A stretch of DNA of 46,792 bases, from contig CAADYN010000131.1 in assembly GCA_900753285.1 (NCBI GenBank), forward strand, positions 1-46,792, given 5' to 3'. This stretch comes from Clostridia bacterium. GTDB lineage: Bacteria > Bacillota > Clostridia > Oscillospirales > CAG-272. Of this stretch, positions 1 to 8,476 are shown one piece after another. Below the pieces are notes generated by a model. The model ran no database searches and was not told where the DNA came from. It saw only the letters and a list, made by a program, of their open reading frames with translations. Position 1 is the first letter of the stretch. Every line of letters starts with the position of its first letter. Position numbers and translations under genes: made by a program.

Positions 1-2
1 GT

Positions 3-446
<444 letters not shown>

Positions 447-454
447 TAAACAAA

Positions 455-508
455 ATATCCGCCTGAATAAGATTCATTCTTATCCCATGGCGGATATTTT
501 TATTTTGC
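455..508. terminator. Bidirectional intrinsic terminator between guaB and the convergent AraC gene
   Basis: The stem atatccgcc (455-463) pairs with ggcggatat (489-497). It is followed by tttttatttt on the plus strand and preceded by an A-run, so it should work on both strands. Confidence 0.6.
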
Positions 509-1327
509 CTGTCTGTACTTGTTCGGTGTGCATCCGACTGCTTTTTTGAAAGCTCCGGAGAAGTGCTGAGTGTTTGAGTAGTTCAGCAGCGACGCTATCT
601 CCTTTATCGGCATGAGCGTACCGGTGAGCAGGCTTTTTGAGATTGATATCTTCTTGTCGAGGATGTACTGTATCGGAGTTATGTTGTATCTCTGCTTGAA
701 AAGCCTGATAACGTGCATTTTAGTTATGCCGAACTCCGATGCGATATCGTCGAGCGTGATATCATTGTAGATGTTCTTGTCGATGTACGCGCGTATTTTT
801 TCATCGACAGACGTGTTGTTTGAAGTTGACGGGAAGAAGCGTTCCCTTGTCGCAGCCACAAGCATATTGAAAAGCAGGCTCATGATTTCGGCATAGGTTT
901 CGGATTCGTTCGTGTCGTCAATGTGTTCGAGCTTGTCGTGGATCTCGATGAAGATATTCATGACATTGACTTCCGCGACATAAAGCGTGCTGAGATTGAA
1001 AAAGCTGAAAATCTTGCGGACAAGCTCGCCGTCGAGGTTTATCCACATTTTTTCATAAGGTTCATCCTGGGAGGCGTAGTGAACTTCATCAACGCCCTTT
1101 TCGAGACAGTAAAACATACCCTCGTGAACATCATATACCCTGCCTCCGACTTCAATCGACCCTTTGCCGGAGACAACATATTCAAAAACGTACACATCGC
1201 AGTTGTTTCGCACAATCCTGTAGTTTGGTTTTTTGTAGGTCACTCCCGCGAGCATACATGAGAACAGAGAGTACGGATCGTTTTTGCCTACATAGATGAT
1301 TTTTTCGTTGTAGGTGTTAAAATACAT
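500..1327 (-). CDS. AraC family transcriptional regulator (cupin-type N-domain plus AraC HTH)
   Basis: 275 aa. The C-terminus has a typical AraC double HTH (DIASEFGITKMHVIRLFK ... IKEIASLLNYSNTQHFSGAFKKAVGCTPNKYR). Confidence 0.9.
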   Translation of the reverse strand: MYFNTYNEKIIYVGKNDPYSLFSCMLAGVTYKKPNYRIVRNNCDVYVFEYVVSGKGSIEVGGRVYDVHEGMFYCLEKGVDEVHYASQDEPYEKMWINLDGELVRKIFSFFNLSTLYVAEVNVMNIFIEIHDKLEHIDDTNESETYAEIMSLLFNMLVAATRERFFPSTSNNTSVDEKIRAYIDKNIYNDITLDDIASEFGITKMHVIRLFKQRYNITPIQYILDKKISISKSLLTGTLMPIKEIASLLNYSNTQHFSGAFKKAVGCTPNKYRQAK

Positions 1328-1497
1328 TAGCCCGATGCTCCTAAAGTTGTTTTTCTACATTATACTCCAAAAACACGGATTTGTCAAACAAAAAAATGTC
1401 GAAATTGCATGAAAACAATAAAAAATATCAAAATTAATGAATTGTATGTGTAATCTCGTCGCGAAAATTAATATTTGATTAAATTATAAGCCCGCTA

Positions 1498-1526
1498 TTG
1501 ACAGTCAAGTGAACGTGTGATAGAAT
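1498..1526 (+). promoter_or_regulatory. SigA-type promoter of the DUF1836-flotillin operon
   Basis: TTGACA (1498-1503), a 17-nt spacer, then TAGAAT (1521-1526) with a TGn extended -10 (tgatagaat). An AAGGAGG RBS precedes the ATG at 1565. Confidence 0.6.
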
Positions 1527-1564
1527 AGTATTGCAATGAAAAACTGCGAAAGGAGGAGTATCGG

Positions 1565-2152
1565 ATGGAAAGCGAACAGGTAAACAATATCCCGGGGACT
1601 ATATTGAACCGTGACAAAATGGACGGAGCAACGGGACTTGAATTTCTCGATAAGGTGTTCTTCATCACCGACAAGATAATGCTCGCGCAGATAAGAGAAA
1701 TCACGGGAATCGACGGCACGACGCTTCAAAACTGGCTGAAAAGAGGCTGGGTCGGGACTCCGAATAAAAAATCTTACACAATAGAACATCTTGCGCGGAT
1801 ACTTATCATAAATATGATGCGCGACACAATGCAGCTTTCAAGGATAATCTTCATCCTGCAATACGTGAACGGCAAGTCCGAGGAAGACAAAATAGTCAAG
1901 GAAAGCGTGCTGTACGGCTATATCTGCAAGGTGCTCGACAGACTTTCCGAAAACGGTGAGATAAGCTGCGCAGGAATAGACGGTATCATTTCAGACGTTC
2001 TCTCGGACTACGAAGAGCCGGTGAGCGGTGCTGGGAGAAGGCTGTCCGTCGGCATTAAGGTGATAACGATTACATATTATTCCGCGCTCATAAAAGCCGA
2101 AGCGGAGGCGATTTTAGACAGTCTCGGTGCGGAAAAAACGCGGAAAAGATGA
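1565..2152 (+). CDS. DUF1836 family protein (predicted MerR-like HTH)
   Basis: 195 aa. The segment TTLQNWLKRGWVGTPNKKSYTIEHLARILIINMMRDTMQLS matches my recollection of the DUF1836 signature (..NYVK.gli.pP.kKkYsreHla.L..I..Lk..l). Strong RBS. Confidence 0.7.
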   Translation: MESEQVNNIPGTILNRDKMDGATGLEFLDKVFFITDKIMLAQIREITGIDGTTLQNWLKRGWVGTPNKKSYTIEHLARILIINMMRDTMQLSRIIFILQYVNGKSEEDKIVKESVLYGYICKVLDRLSENGEISCAGIDGIISDVLSDYEEPVSGAGRRLSVGIKVITITYYSALIKAEAEAILDSLGAEKTRKR

Positions 2153-2183
2153 ACCTTATATTTTGTAAAGGAGGCATGACAAT

Positions 2184-2798
2184 ATGATCGAATGGTGGAA
2201 CAGTATGGATCTCGCGGGACAGATTATTGCTCTCATCGCGATACCGTCCACGCTTGTGCTTGTGGTGCAGACTGTGCTTTTGCTCTTCGGTATGGGGGAC
2301 GACGATGTTGAAACGGACGGCATCGACCTCAACGGAAACGGTGTAGGAGACACTCCCGGAGACGGCGGAGGAGACGGAATGGCGCTGTTTTCCCTCAGAG
2401 GAATCATGGCTATGGCTGCTGTCGGCGGCTGGAGCGGACTTGCTATGCACGACAACGGAATGCCGCTTACCATGACTATTATACTCGCGACAGCGTTCGG
2501 ATTTATCACGCTTGTCGGAATAGCGTACATCATGCGGCTCGCGTCAAAGCTCCAGTCAAGCGGAAACATAGTTATAGGATATACTATCGGCAAGGTTGGA
2601 ACAGTATATATACCCATTCCGCCGAATATGTCAGGCTCGGGCAAGATAAACGTCACAGTGCAGGAGAGATTCATCGAGGTTGACGCTGTAACTCCGTGCG
2701 AGAGAAAGCTCATGACGGGGGAAAGCGTAAGAATCACCGCGACTGACGAAAACGGCATGGTAGTCGTAGAGCCTGTGATAAAGAATACGGAAAAGTAA
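2184..2798 (+). CDS. NfeD/YqiJ/YuaF-like membrane protein (C-terminal OB-fold, flotillin partner)
   Basis: 204 aa. It has N-terminal TM helices, an acidic Gly/Asp loop, further TM helices, and a C-terminal NfeD-like OB segment (GKVGTVYIPIPPNMSGSGKINVTVQERFIEVDAVT...GESVRITATDENGMVVVEP). It sits directly upstream of flotillin, as in yqiJK and yuaF-floT. AAGGAGG RBS. Confidence 0.8.
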   Translation: MIEWWNSMDLAGQIIALIAIPSTLVLVVQTVLLLFGMGDDDVETDGIDLNGNGVGDTPGDGGGDGMALFSLRGIMAMAAVGGWSGLAMHDNGMPLTMTIILATAFGFITLVGIAYIMRLASKLQSSGNIVIGYTIGKVGTVYIPIPPNMSGSGKINVTVQERFIEVDAVTPCERKLMTGESVRITATDENGMVVVEPVIKNTEK

Positions 2799-2870
2799 TA
2801 ATCTTAACAAATACGGAAAAGTAAAATCTTAAAAAGTAAAAATCTTCATATTTAATTAAAGGAGAACAAC

Positions 2871-4292
2871 ATGAGAACACTTCTAACATCGACAATGTCC
2901 ATCGACCCTTCCGTTTTGATGCTTGTGTGCGTCATAGTGCTCGTAGTGCTGACGACAATGATAGTCATCCTCTCGCGCTACAGAAAATGCCCGTCTGATA
3001 AGATACTCGTCATCTACGGTAAGGTAGGTCAGACTCAGGACGGACAGCAGCGTTCGGCTAAGTGTATCCACGGCGGCGCGTCATTCATCTGGCCCGTTGT
3101 TCAGTCGTATGAATACCTCGACCTTACGCCTATGTCCATTCAGGTAGACCTCAGAAACGCGCTTTCCAAGCAGAATATCCGCGTAGACGTTCCTTCAAGA
3201 TTCACCGTAGGTATCTCGACCGAAAACGGCGTCATGCAGAATGCGGCAGAACGTCTTCTCGGTATGAAGATTGACGAAATAAAGCAGATTGCGGAGGATA
3301 TCATATTCGGTCAGATGAGACTTATCATCGCGACAATGGATATCGAAGAGATAAACTCCGACCGTGACAAATTCCTTGAAGCGGTTTCGTCAAACGTAGA
3401 GACTGAACTTAAAAAGATTGGTCTGAGACTCATCAACGTAAACGTAACGGACATCACCGATGAATCCGGATATATCGTAGCTCTCGGTCAGGAAGCCGCA
3501 GCAAAAGCGATAAACGACGCGAAGATATCCGTTGCGGAAGCCGAAAGAGCAGGTGCTATAGGTGCGGCGGAAGCAGACCGTGACAAGCGTATTTCAGTAT
3601 CAAAATCCGACTCCGAAGCTATCGGCGGTGAAAACGAAGCTCGTGCAAAGGTTGCAGACTCCGACGCTACAAGACGTGAGAAGGAAGCGGAAGCTCTCAA
3701 GCGTGCGACTGCTGCCGAAAACATCGCAAAAGCCCGCGCAGAACAGGAATCCTTTGACGCACAGAGAGCAGCAGAAGAAGCAAGAGCGCATTTTGAACAG
3801 GCTAAGCTCGAAGCAGACGTTATTGTAAAGACCGAAATCGAGAAGAAAAAGCTCGAGCTTGAAGCGGAAGCTCAGGCTGAACAGACAAGACGCCGCGCAA
3901 AGGGTGAAGCCGACGCTATCCTCATGAAGATGCAGGCTGAGGCTGACGGTGTAAAGCAGATGCTCATGAAGCAGGCTGAAGGTTTTGCGGAAATCGTTAA
4001 ATCTGCCGGCGGTGAAGCTAATGATGCTATTCGCCTTATGATTGCCGACAAGATGGAAGAGCTTACCAAGATTCAGGTTGAAGCCATCAAGAACCTCCAG
4101 ATTGATAAAATCACTGTATGGGACGGCGGCACATCTAAAGACGGCAAGAACGCGACGGCTGACTTTATCTCGGGACTTTATAAGAGCATTCCTCCTATGA
4201 ACGAAATGTTTGACATGGCGGGAATGCAGCTGCCCAAATACCTCGGCGAGAAGAAGGACGACACTCTGACAACACCTGACGAGACAAAATAA
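2871..4292 (+). CDS. floT: Flotillin (SPFH/Band-7 domain protein, FloT/YqiK-like)
   Basis: 473 aa. It has an N-terminal TM hairpin, an SPFH domain, and a long Ala/Glu-rich coiled-coil (EAEA-type) region typical of flotillins. AAAGGAG RBS. Confidence 0.9.
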   Translation: MRTLLTSTMSIDPSVLMLVCVIVLVVLTTMIVILSRYRKCPSDKILVIYGKVGQTQDGQQRSAKCIHGGASFIWPVVQSYEYLDLTPMSIQVDLRNALSKQNIRVDVPSRFTVGISTENGVMQNAAERLLGMKIDEIKQIAEDIIFGQMRLIIATMDIEEINSDRDKFLEAVSSNVETELKKIGLRLINVNVTDITDESGYIVALGQEAAAKAINDAKISVAEAERAGAIGAAEADRDKRISVSKSDSEAIGGENEARAKVADSDATRREKEAEALKRATAAENIAKARAEQESFDAQRAAEEARAHFEQAKLEADVIVKTEIEKKKLELEAEAQAEQTRRRAKGEADAILMKMQAEADGVKQMLMKQAEGFAEIVKSAGGEANDAIRLMIADKMEELTKIQVEAIKNLQIDKITVWDGGTSKDGKNATADFISGLYKSIPPMNEMFDMAGMQLPKYLGEKKDDTLTTPDETK

Positions 4293-4306
4293 CGGGAGAC
4301 TTTACA

Positions 4307-5899
4307 ATGGACGTAATAAAGCTATCCGACTTCTATGACGGAGATACGGTGCAGTCACTGAAAAAAACGGTGGAGCAGGTCAAAAAGGACGGCGCGAAAA
4401 CACTCTTCATCGAACCCGGCGACTACATTGTTACGGGAGAGCGGGCAAGAGCGGCACAGGCTGCGGTCATGGCAGGTGACTTCGGAGAGAATCCGCAGAA
4501 GATAATGTTCACGCCGACATATGAGTACGATATCGGTTTTGACCTCAGCGGACTTTCCGACGTGAAGATATCGGCGTATGGCGTGAGATTCATCGTAGAC
4601 GGATTCATGGAGCCTGTCAGAATAAAAAACTGCGAGAATGTTGAGCTGCTCGGACTTACCGTAACGCACAAGAGAAAGCCGTTCAGCCGCGGACATGTCA
4701 CAAAATGCACCCCGCGAAATGAGGAAAACGTGTTTGACGTGACGGTGGAGCTTGATGAGGACTGCCCGATAACGCAAAAAACTCCTATGCTGCTGAGATA
4801 CATGTGGTGCGATGCATTATCGGGAAAAAACAAAAACGGCGGAATCATAAGCTACACCTACGTCGACGAACACCACTTTACGGCTGTAGTAAAATGCATC
4901 GGCTTGTGCGTGGGAGACGAGTTCAACACCGTACACGCCTTCCACTCACGCCCCGCCATACATATCGCCGAATCAAAGAACATCACCTTGACGGATGTGA
5001 CGATAAACAGTCAGCCGGGCATGGGTGTCGTCGGCAACAGAAGTGAAAATGTGACGTTAAAACGCCTTTGGGTAGTGCCGGAATGCGAATACCACTGGTC
5101 AACGAACACCGACGCTACGCACTTCACCTCTATGACTGGTAAGCTGAGACTTGAAAACTGCGTTTTTGAATATCACGGAGACGACTTTACAAATGTACAC
5201 GGTTACTATCAGGAAGTAGTAACACGCGTTACCGACACGGAATTCTTCATGCAGGAGAAAACGCCGGACGGAACTCACACGCAGGCTCTCGACTATCCCG
5301 ATGTGGGAGACACGCTGGAACTTACGAGAAAGAGCGACCTCAGAGTTCTTGACACGTACAAAGTTGAGAAAGTAACTCTCATGCCCGACGAATGGATGTG
5401 CAGGGTAACAGTCGACCATCCTCTGCCGGAGAGCACGGAAGGACTGATGCTTGCCGACGTGACAAGACTGCCGTTCGTTGAGATAATAGGCTGTTCTGCC
5501 TCGTCTCACTTTGCACGCGGAGTCCTGCTCAAAACTCACGGCGCGCTTGTCGAGAGGAACACAATGCGGGATATCCACGGCCCTGCTATAGTTGCGGCTT
5601 CCGAGGCTTGGTGGTACGAAGGCGTATCTCCGAGGAACATCACAATACGCGGCAACAGAATAGTGAACTGCGGTATGTTCTGGGGAGAAGCGGCGGGAAT
5701 CGTCGTGAAATCCGACTGCGACAATCCGGTATTGAGAAACATCAGCGACATCATTATCGAGGACAACGTGATAGAAGCGCCGTTAGCCGAGCACGGTATC
5801 TATGTTCGCGGAGCTGATGGAGTAAAGGTAAGCGGAAACATAGTAAAAACCCGCGGAGAAGGCGTGGTTTTAGAGGACTGCGGTAAAATGTTAAAGTAA
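4307..5899 (+). CDS. Right-handed parallel beta-helix (PbH1) repeat protein with no signal peptide
   Basis: 530 aa. PbH1-like turns recur (NITLTDVTINSQPGMGVVGN, NITIRGNRIVNCG, DIIIEDNVIEAP, GVKVSGNIV). The N-terminus is hydrophilic. The gene starts 14 nt after the flotillin stop and has a GGGAG RBS. Confidence 0.7.
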   Translation: MDVIKLSDFYDGDTVQSLKKTVEQVKKDGAKTLFIEPGDYIVTGERARAAQAAVMAGDFGENPQKIMFTPTYEYDIGFDLSGLSDVKISAYGVRFIVDGFMEPVRIKNCENVELLGLTVTHKRKPFSRGHVTKCTPRNEENVFDVTVELDEDCPITQKTPMLLRYMWCDALSGKNKNGGIISYTYVDEHHFTAVVKCIGLCVGDEFNTVHAFHSRPAIHIAESKNITLTDVTINSQPGMGVVGNRSENVTLKRLWVVPECEYHWSTNTDATHFTSMTGKLRLENCVFEYHGDDFTNVHGYYQEVVTRVTDTEFFMQEKTPDGTHTQALDYPDVGDTLELTRKSDLRVLDTYKVEKVTLMPDEWMCRVTVDHPLPESTEGLMLADVTRLPFVEIIGCSASSHFARGVLLKTHGALVERNTMRDIHGPAIVAASEAWWYEGVSPRNITIRGNRIVNCGMFWGEAAGIVVKSDCDNPVLRNISDIIIEDNVIEAPLAEHGIYVRGADGVKVSGNIVKTRGEGVVLEDCGKMLK

Positions 5900-5953
5900 A
5901 CAAAATGAATAATCTACCCCCTGTATGGCGAAAAAATATGGGGGGTGATTTGT

Positions 5954-6352
5954 ATGCTTAAGAAAATCGAATATATCTGCGTATTTCTGAGCGGAGGAAT
6001 AATCTACAGCTTCATCGAAGTCGCATGGAGAGGGTACACGCACTGGAGCATGACGATTGCGGGCGGGATATGCTTTATGCTCATCCACTTTATCAACGCC
6101 ATAGTGTATGACAGGAACATTTTCATGCGCGCTGTTGTCGGCGGCTCTGTGATAACGGTGGTCGAGTTTGTTGTCGGAGTGGTGGTGAACCTCATTCTGC
6201 ACCTTGACGTGTGGGATTACTCGGACATGGCGGGGAACATTGCCGGTCAGGTGTGTCCGCTGTTCACGGTTCTGTGGTTCTTCCTTGCTATTCCGGCGTT
6301 CATCCTCTCGGATTTGATACGCAGATTCTTCGATTCGATAGCCGAAAGATAG
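5954..6352 (+). CDS. PF06541-like (putative ABC-transporter type IV / CmpB) small membrane protein, short paralogue
   Basis: The motifs GGIIYSFIEVAW and VWDYSDMAGNIAGQVCPLF are shared with the ORFs at 21290 and 23883. I prefer the ATG at 5954 (RBS ggggggtga upstream) over the GTG at 5945. Confidence 0.75.
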   Translation: MLKKIEYICVFLSGGIIYSFIEVAWRGYTHWSMTIAGGICFMLIHFINAIVYDRNIFMRAVVGGSVITVVEFVVGVVVNLILHLDVWDYSDMAGNIAGQVCPLFTVLWFFLAIPAFILSDLIRRFFDSIAER

Positions 6353-6356
6353 AAGA

Positions 6357-7277
6357 ATGAAGCAAAACAGCACCAAAGAGCGTAAATACACAAGAAAATC
6401 AAGCTATACCAAACTTGCAAAGAAATTTCTGAAAGGCAAAACGCCGCTGACTGCCGCTATAATCATAGTTCTCGGCGCGGTTTACTCGATTTTTGCCTAC
6501 ATCAGAACAGGAACGATAGTCCCGACAATGGAGCTTATCGACGGACTTCCGACATTTCGTTTTGTGGATGTCGGTCAGGGAGACTGCGTTCTTGTTACAT
6601 ACAAAGGGGATTCGGTTCTTGTCGACGCAGGTCCGAGATCAAGCGGAACAACAGCGGCGGAGTATGTCAGTATGTACGCACCGCACGTCGACTACTTTTT
6701 CATCACCCATCCGCATGAGGATCATATGGGAGGCGCGGCAGACATACTTGAGTCGGTAACGGTGGACTGTCTTGTCATGTCTGACTTGGTAGCGGACGAG
6801 GAATTTTACACCGACGCGATAAAAGCCGCGAAGAAGCAGGGAACGGAGATAATCTACCTCACAAGCGGAGCAAAATACGACACCGGGAACATCTCAATAG
6901 AGGTTTTTGACCTGTTCGAATTTTACTCCGACGACTACAACAACTCAAGCCTGTTTATAAAAATCGAAGCTGACGGCACGACACTTCTTGTTACCGGAGA
7001 CTCCGAAGCCGAGGAAGAAGAATACGCGTTGGAGAAATACGGCGGCGAGCTTGACTGCGATATTCTAAAAGTAGGACATCACGGCTCACGAACGTCTTCA
7101 TCCGAGGAATTCCTTGAAGCTGTGACGCCGAACGATGCGGTTATCTCCTGCGGCAGGAACAATTCCTACGGTCATCCTACGTCGGAGGTGCTTGACAGAC
7201 TGAACGAGGACGGGATTATAGTATACAGGACGGATTTAGAAGGAAACGTAGTCCTGCGCGGAGAAAAGGCGGCGTAA
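6357..7277 (+). CDS. Membrane-anchored MBL-fold hydrolase, ComEC C-terminal-domain type
   Basis: 306 aa. It has an N-terminal TM helix, then FVDVGQGDCVLV, HPHEDHMGG and KVGHHGS, which are the beta-lactamase-fold motifs seen in the ComEC/Rec2 C-domain. Confidence 0.8.
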   Translation: MKQNSTKERKYTRKSSYTKLAKKFLKGKTPLTAAIIIVLGAVYSIFAYIRTGTIVPTMELIDGLPTFRFVDVGQGDCVLVTYKGDSVLVDAGPRSSGTTAAEYVSMYAPHVDYFFITHPHEDHMGGAADILESVTVDCLVMSDLVADEEFYTDAIKAAKKQGTEIIYLTSGAKYDTGNISIEVFDLFEFYSDDYNNSSLFIKIEADGTTLLVTGDSEAEEEEYALEKYGGELDCDILKVGHHGSRTSSSEEFLEAVTPNDAVISCGRNNSYGHPTSEVLDRLNEDGIIVYRTDLEGNVVLRGEKAA

Positions 7278-7420
7278 AAGACAAAACCCGCTCATTGGGG
7301 CGCTAAACTGCCCATTCTAAATTTTTAGAAAAGACAAAACCCACCAATTGGGCGCTAAACTGCCCGTCTAAAACCTGAGAAAAGACAAAACCCACTCATG
7401 GGCAGTTTGAGCAGGTTTCG
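7277..7420. repeat. Three tandem ~52-bp repeat units in a convergent intergenic region
   Basis: The units begin with aaaagacaaaaccc at 7277, 7329 and 7380. Units 1 and 2 continue with ..attgggcgctaaactgccc... Unit 3 diverges to ..catgggcagtttgagcaggttt, which contains the reverse complement of aaactgccc. Confidence 0.8.
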
Positions 7421-7451
7421 TCCGGACAAAATATGGATTTGAAAAATGGAA

Positions 7452-8225
7452 CTACTTGATTTTGTATTTCAGCCGCATATTGTCTGCTATCATCGCGATG
7501 AATTCGGAATTGGTAGGCTTTCCGCGGCTGTTCTGGATTGTGTAACCGAAATATGAGTTGAGCGTGTCGACGTCTCCTCTGTCCCATGCTACCTCTATCG
7601 CGTGACGGATTGCTCTTTCAACACGGGAAGTCGTCGTCTGATATTTCTTCGCGACGGAAGGATACAGCACCTTTGTCACGGAGTTTATCACGTCGTTGTC
7701 GGAAATTGTCATGAGTATCGCGGTGCGGAGGTACTGATATCCCTTGATGTGCGCCGGAACACCGATTTGGTGTATGATTCGCGTGACCTGAGTTTCCATG
7801 TCAATCTTGTCCGCCGCGTCGTTCTTATCGCTTGAAGCTGAAGAGTTGCTGCGGTTTTTCAGAATCATGTCTATCTTATCGCTGAATGTATCGTAGTCGA
7901 TGGGCTTCGGCATACAAAGCGACGCGCCGGCTCTGTTTGCTTCCATGAGAACGGAAGGCGTTGACACCTGTGTAAGAATTACAAATGACGGAGTGTTCTT
8001 ACCGCTTTCCGCTGTTCTTTTCATGATGGAAGCCGCGTCGAGAGAGGGGAGCCAAAGGTCGCTTATCACGATATCGTATGACTGACGGGATATCATTTTC
8101 ATGGCTTCATCGCCGTTTTTCACTTCGTCTATGAGACCGGCACCGTTTACTTTAAGTCTTTCGTGAATGTGATTTCTCACTTCGTTGTTTTCGTCTGCGA
8201 TTAAAATTTTAGTGTCCTTGTCCAT
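7452..8225 (-). CDS. spo0A: Sporulation master regulator Spo0A
   Basis: 257 aa. A receiver domain is followed by the diagnostic Spo0A C-domain ([20 protein letters not shown]...[34 protein letters not shown]...FGYT...[13 protein letters not shown]). Confidence 0.97.
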   Translation of the reverse strand: MDKDTKILIADENNEVRNHIHERLKVNGAGLIDEVKNGDEAMKMISRQSYDIVISDLWLPSLDAASIMKRTAESGKNTPSFVILTQVSTPSVLMEANRAGASLCMPKPIDYDTFSDKIDMILKNRSNSSASSDKNDAADKIDMETQVTRIIHQIGVPAHIKGYQYLRTAILMTISDNDVINSVTKVLYPSVAKKYQTTTSRVERAIRHAIEVAWDRGDVDTLNSYFGYTIQNSRGKPTNSEFIAMIADNMRLKYKIK

Positions 8226-8292
8226 TGAGTATACCCCTATACCTTTCCGAAAATTTTATATTCTGTAATTTATTACCAATCACTGTAACCAT

Positions 8293-8321
8293 ATTTTACC
8301 ACAGTTTCCACAGTAATGCAA
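8293..8321 (-). promoter_or_regulatory. SigA-type promoter upstream of spo0A
   Basis: On the minus strand: TTGCAT, a 17-nt spacer, then TAAAAT with a TGg extended -10. It lies about 65 nt upstream of the ATG. Confidence 0.5.
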
Positions 8322-8405
8322 TAGTATCCGCAAAATAAATGTTACCAAAAATTGTTAAAATATTTGGCAATAATTAACAAAACAATGAAGATGGCGCGAT
8401 TTTTG

Positions 8406-8434
8406 TTGACACTTCGCGGCTGATGTGGTATAAT
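8406..8434 (+). promoter_or_regulatory. SigA-type promoter of the GNAT gene
   Basis: TTGACA (8406-8411), a 17-nt spacer, then TATAAT (8429-8434) with TGg. It sits inside the ORF-track N-terminal extension, which argues for the start at 8477. Confidence 0.6.
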
Positions 8435-8476
8435 GGCAGAACAGCTTCTCTTAAAAAATGGAAAAGGAGACAAAAA

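Noticed and set aside
455-497. Shared atatccgc/gcggatat stems in the terminators at 455-497 and 21096-21149, considered as another repeat family.
   Set aside because: Only ~9 nt are shared and the loops and flanks are unrelated. This is consistent with chance convergence of GC-clamped terminator stems.
1381-1403. A Spo0A-box-like TGTCGAA (1397-1403) and a nearby TTTGTCAAA in the divergent AraC/DUF1836 promoter region.
   Set aside because: A 7-mer is expected several times by chance in 47 kb counting both strands. There is no second consensus box and no supporting spacing.
2156-2758. A 200-aa minus-strand ORF overlapping the NfeD-like gene.
   Set aside because: The plus-strand gene has a strong RBS, a TM/OB-fold architecture and operon context. 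The minus ORF is Ser/Pro/Thr-rich low complexity.
3480-3960. A repetitive GCx/GAA-rich stretch with several overlapping small ORFs on both strands.
   Set aside because: This is the Ala/Glu-rich coiled-coil region normal for flotillins. It is not a DNA repeat array or a separate gene.
8423-8476. N-terminal ORF-track extensions here and at 20109-20156, 40889-40957, 45796-45885, 32137-32175 and 21275-21289.
   Set aside because: Internal ATGs have proper RBS spacing, and in three cases a promoter or the upstream gene occupies the extension.
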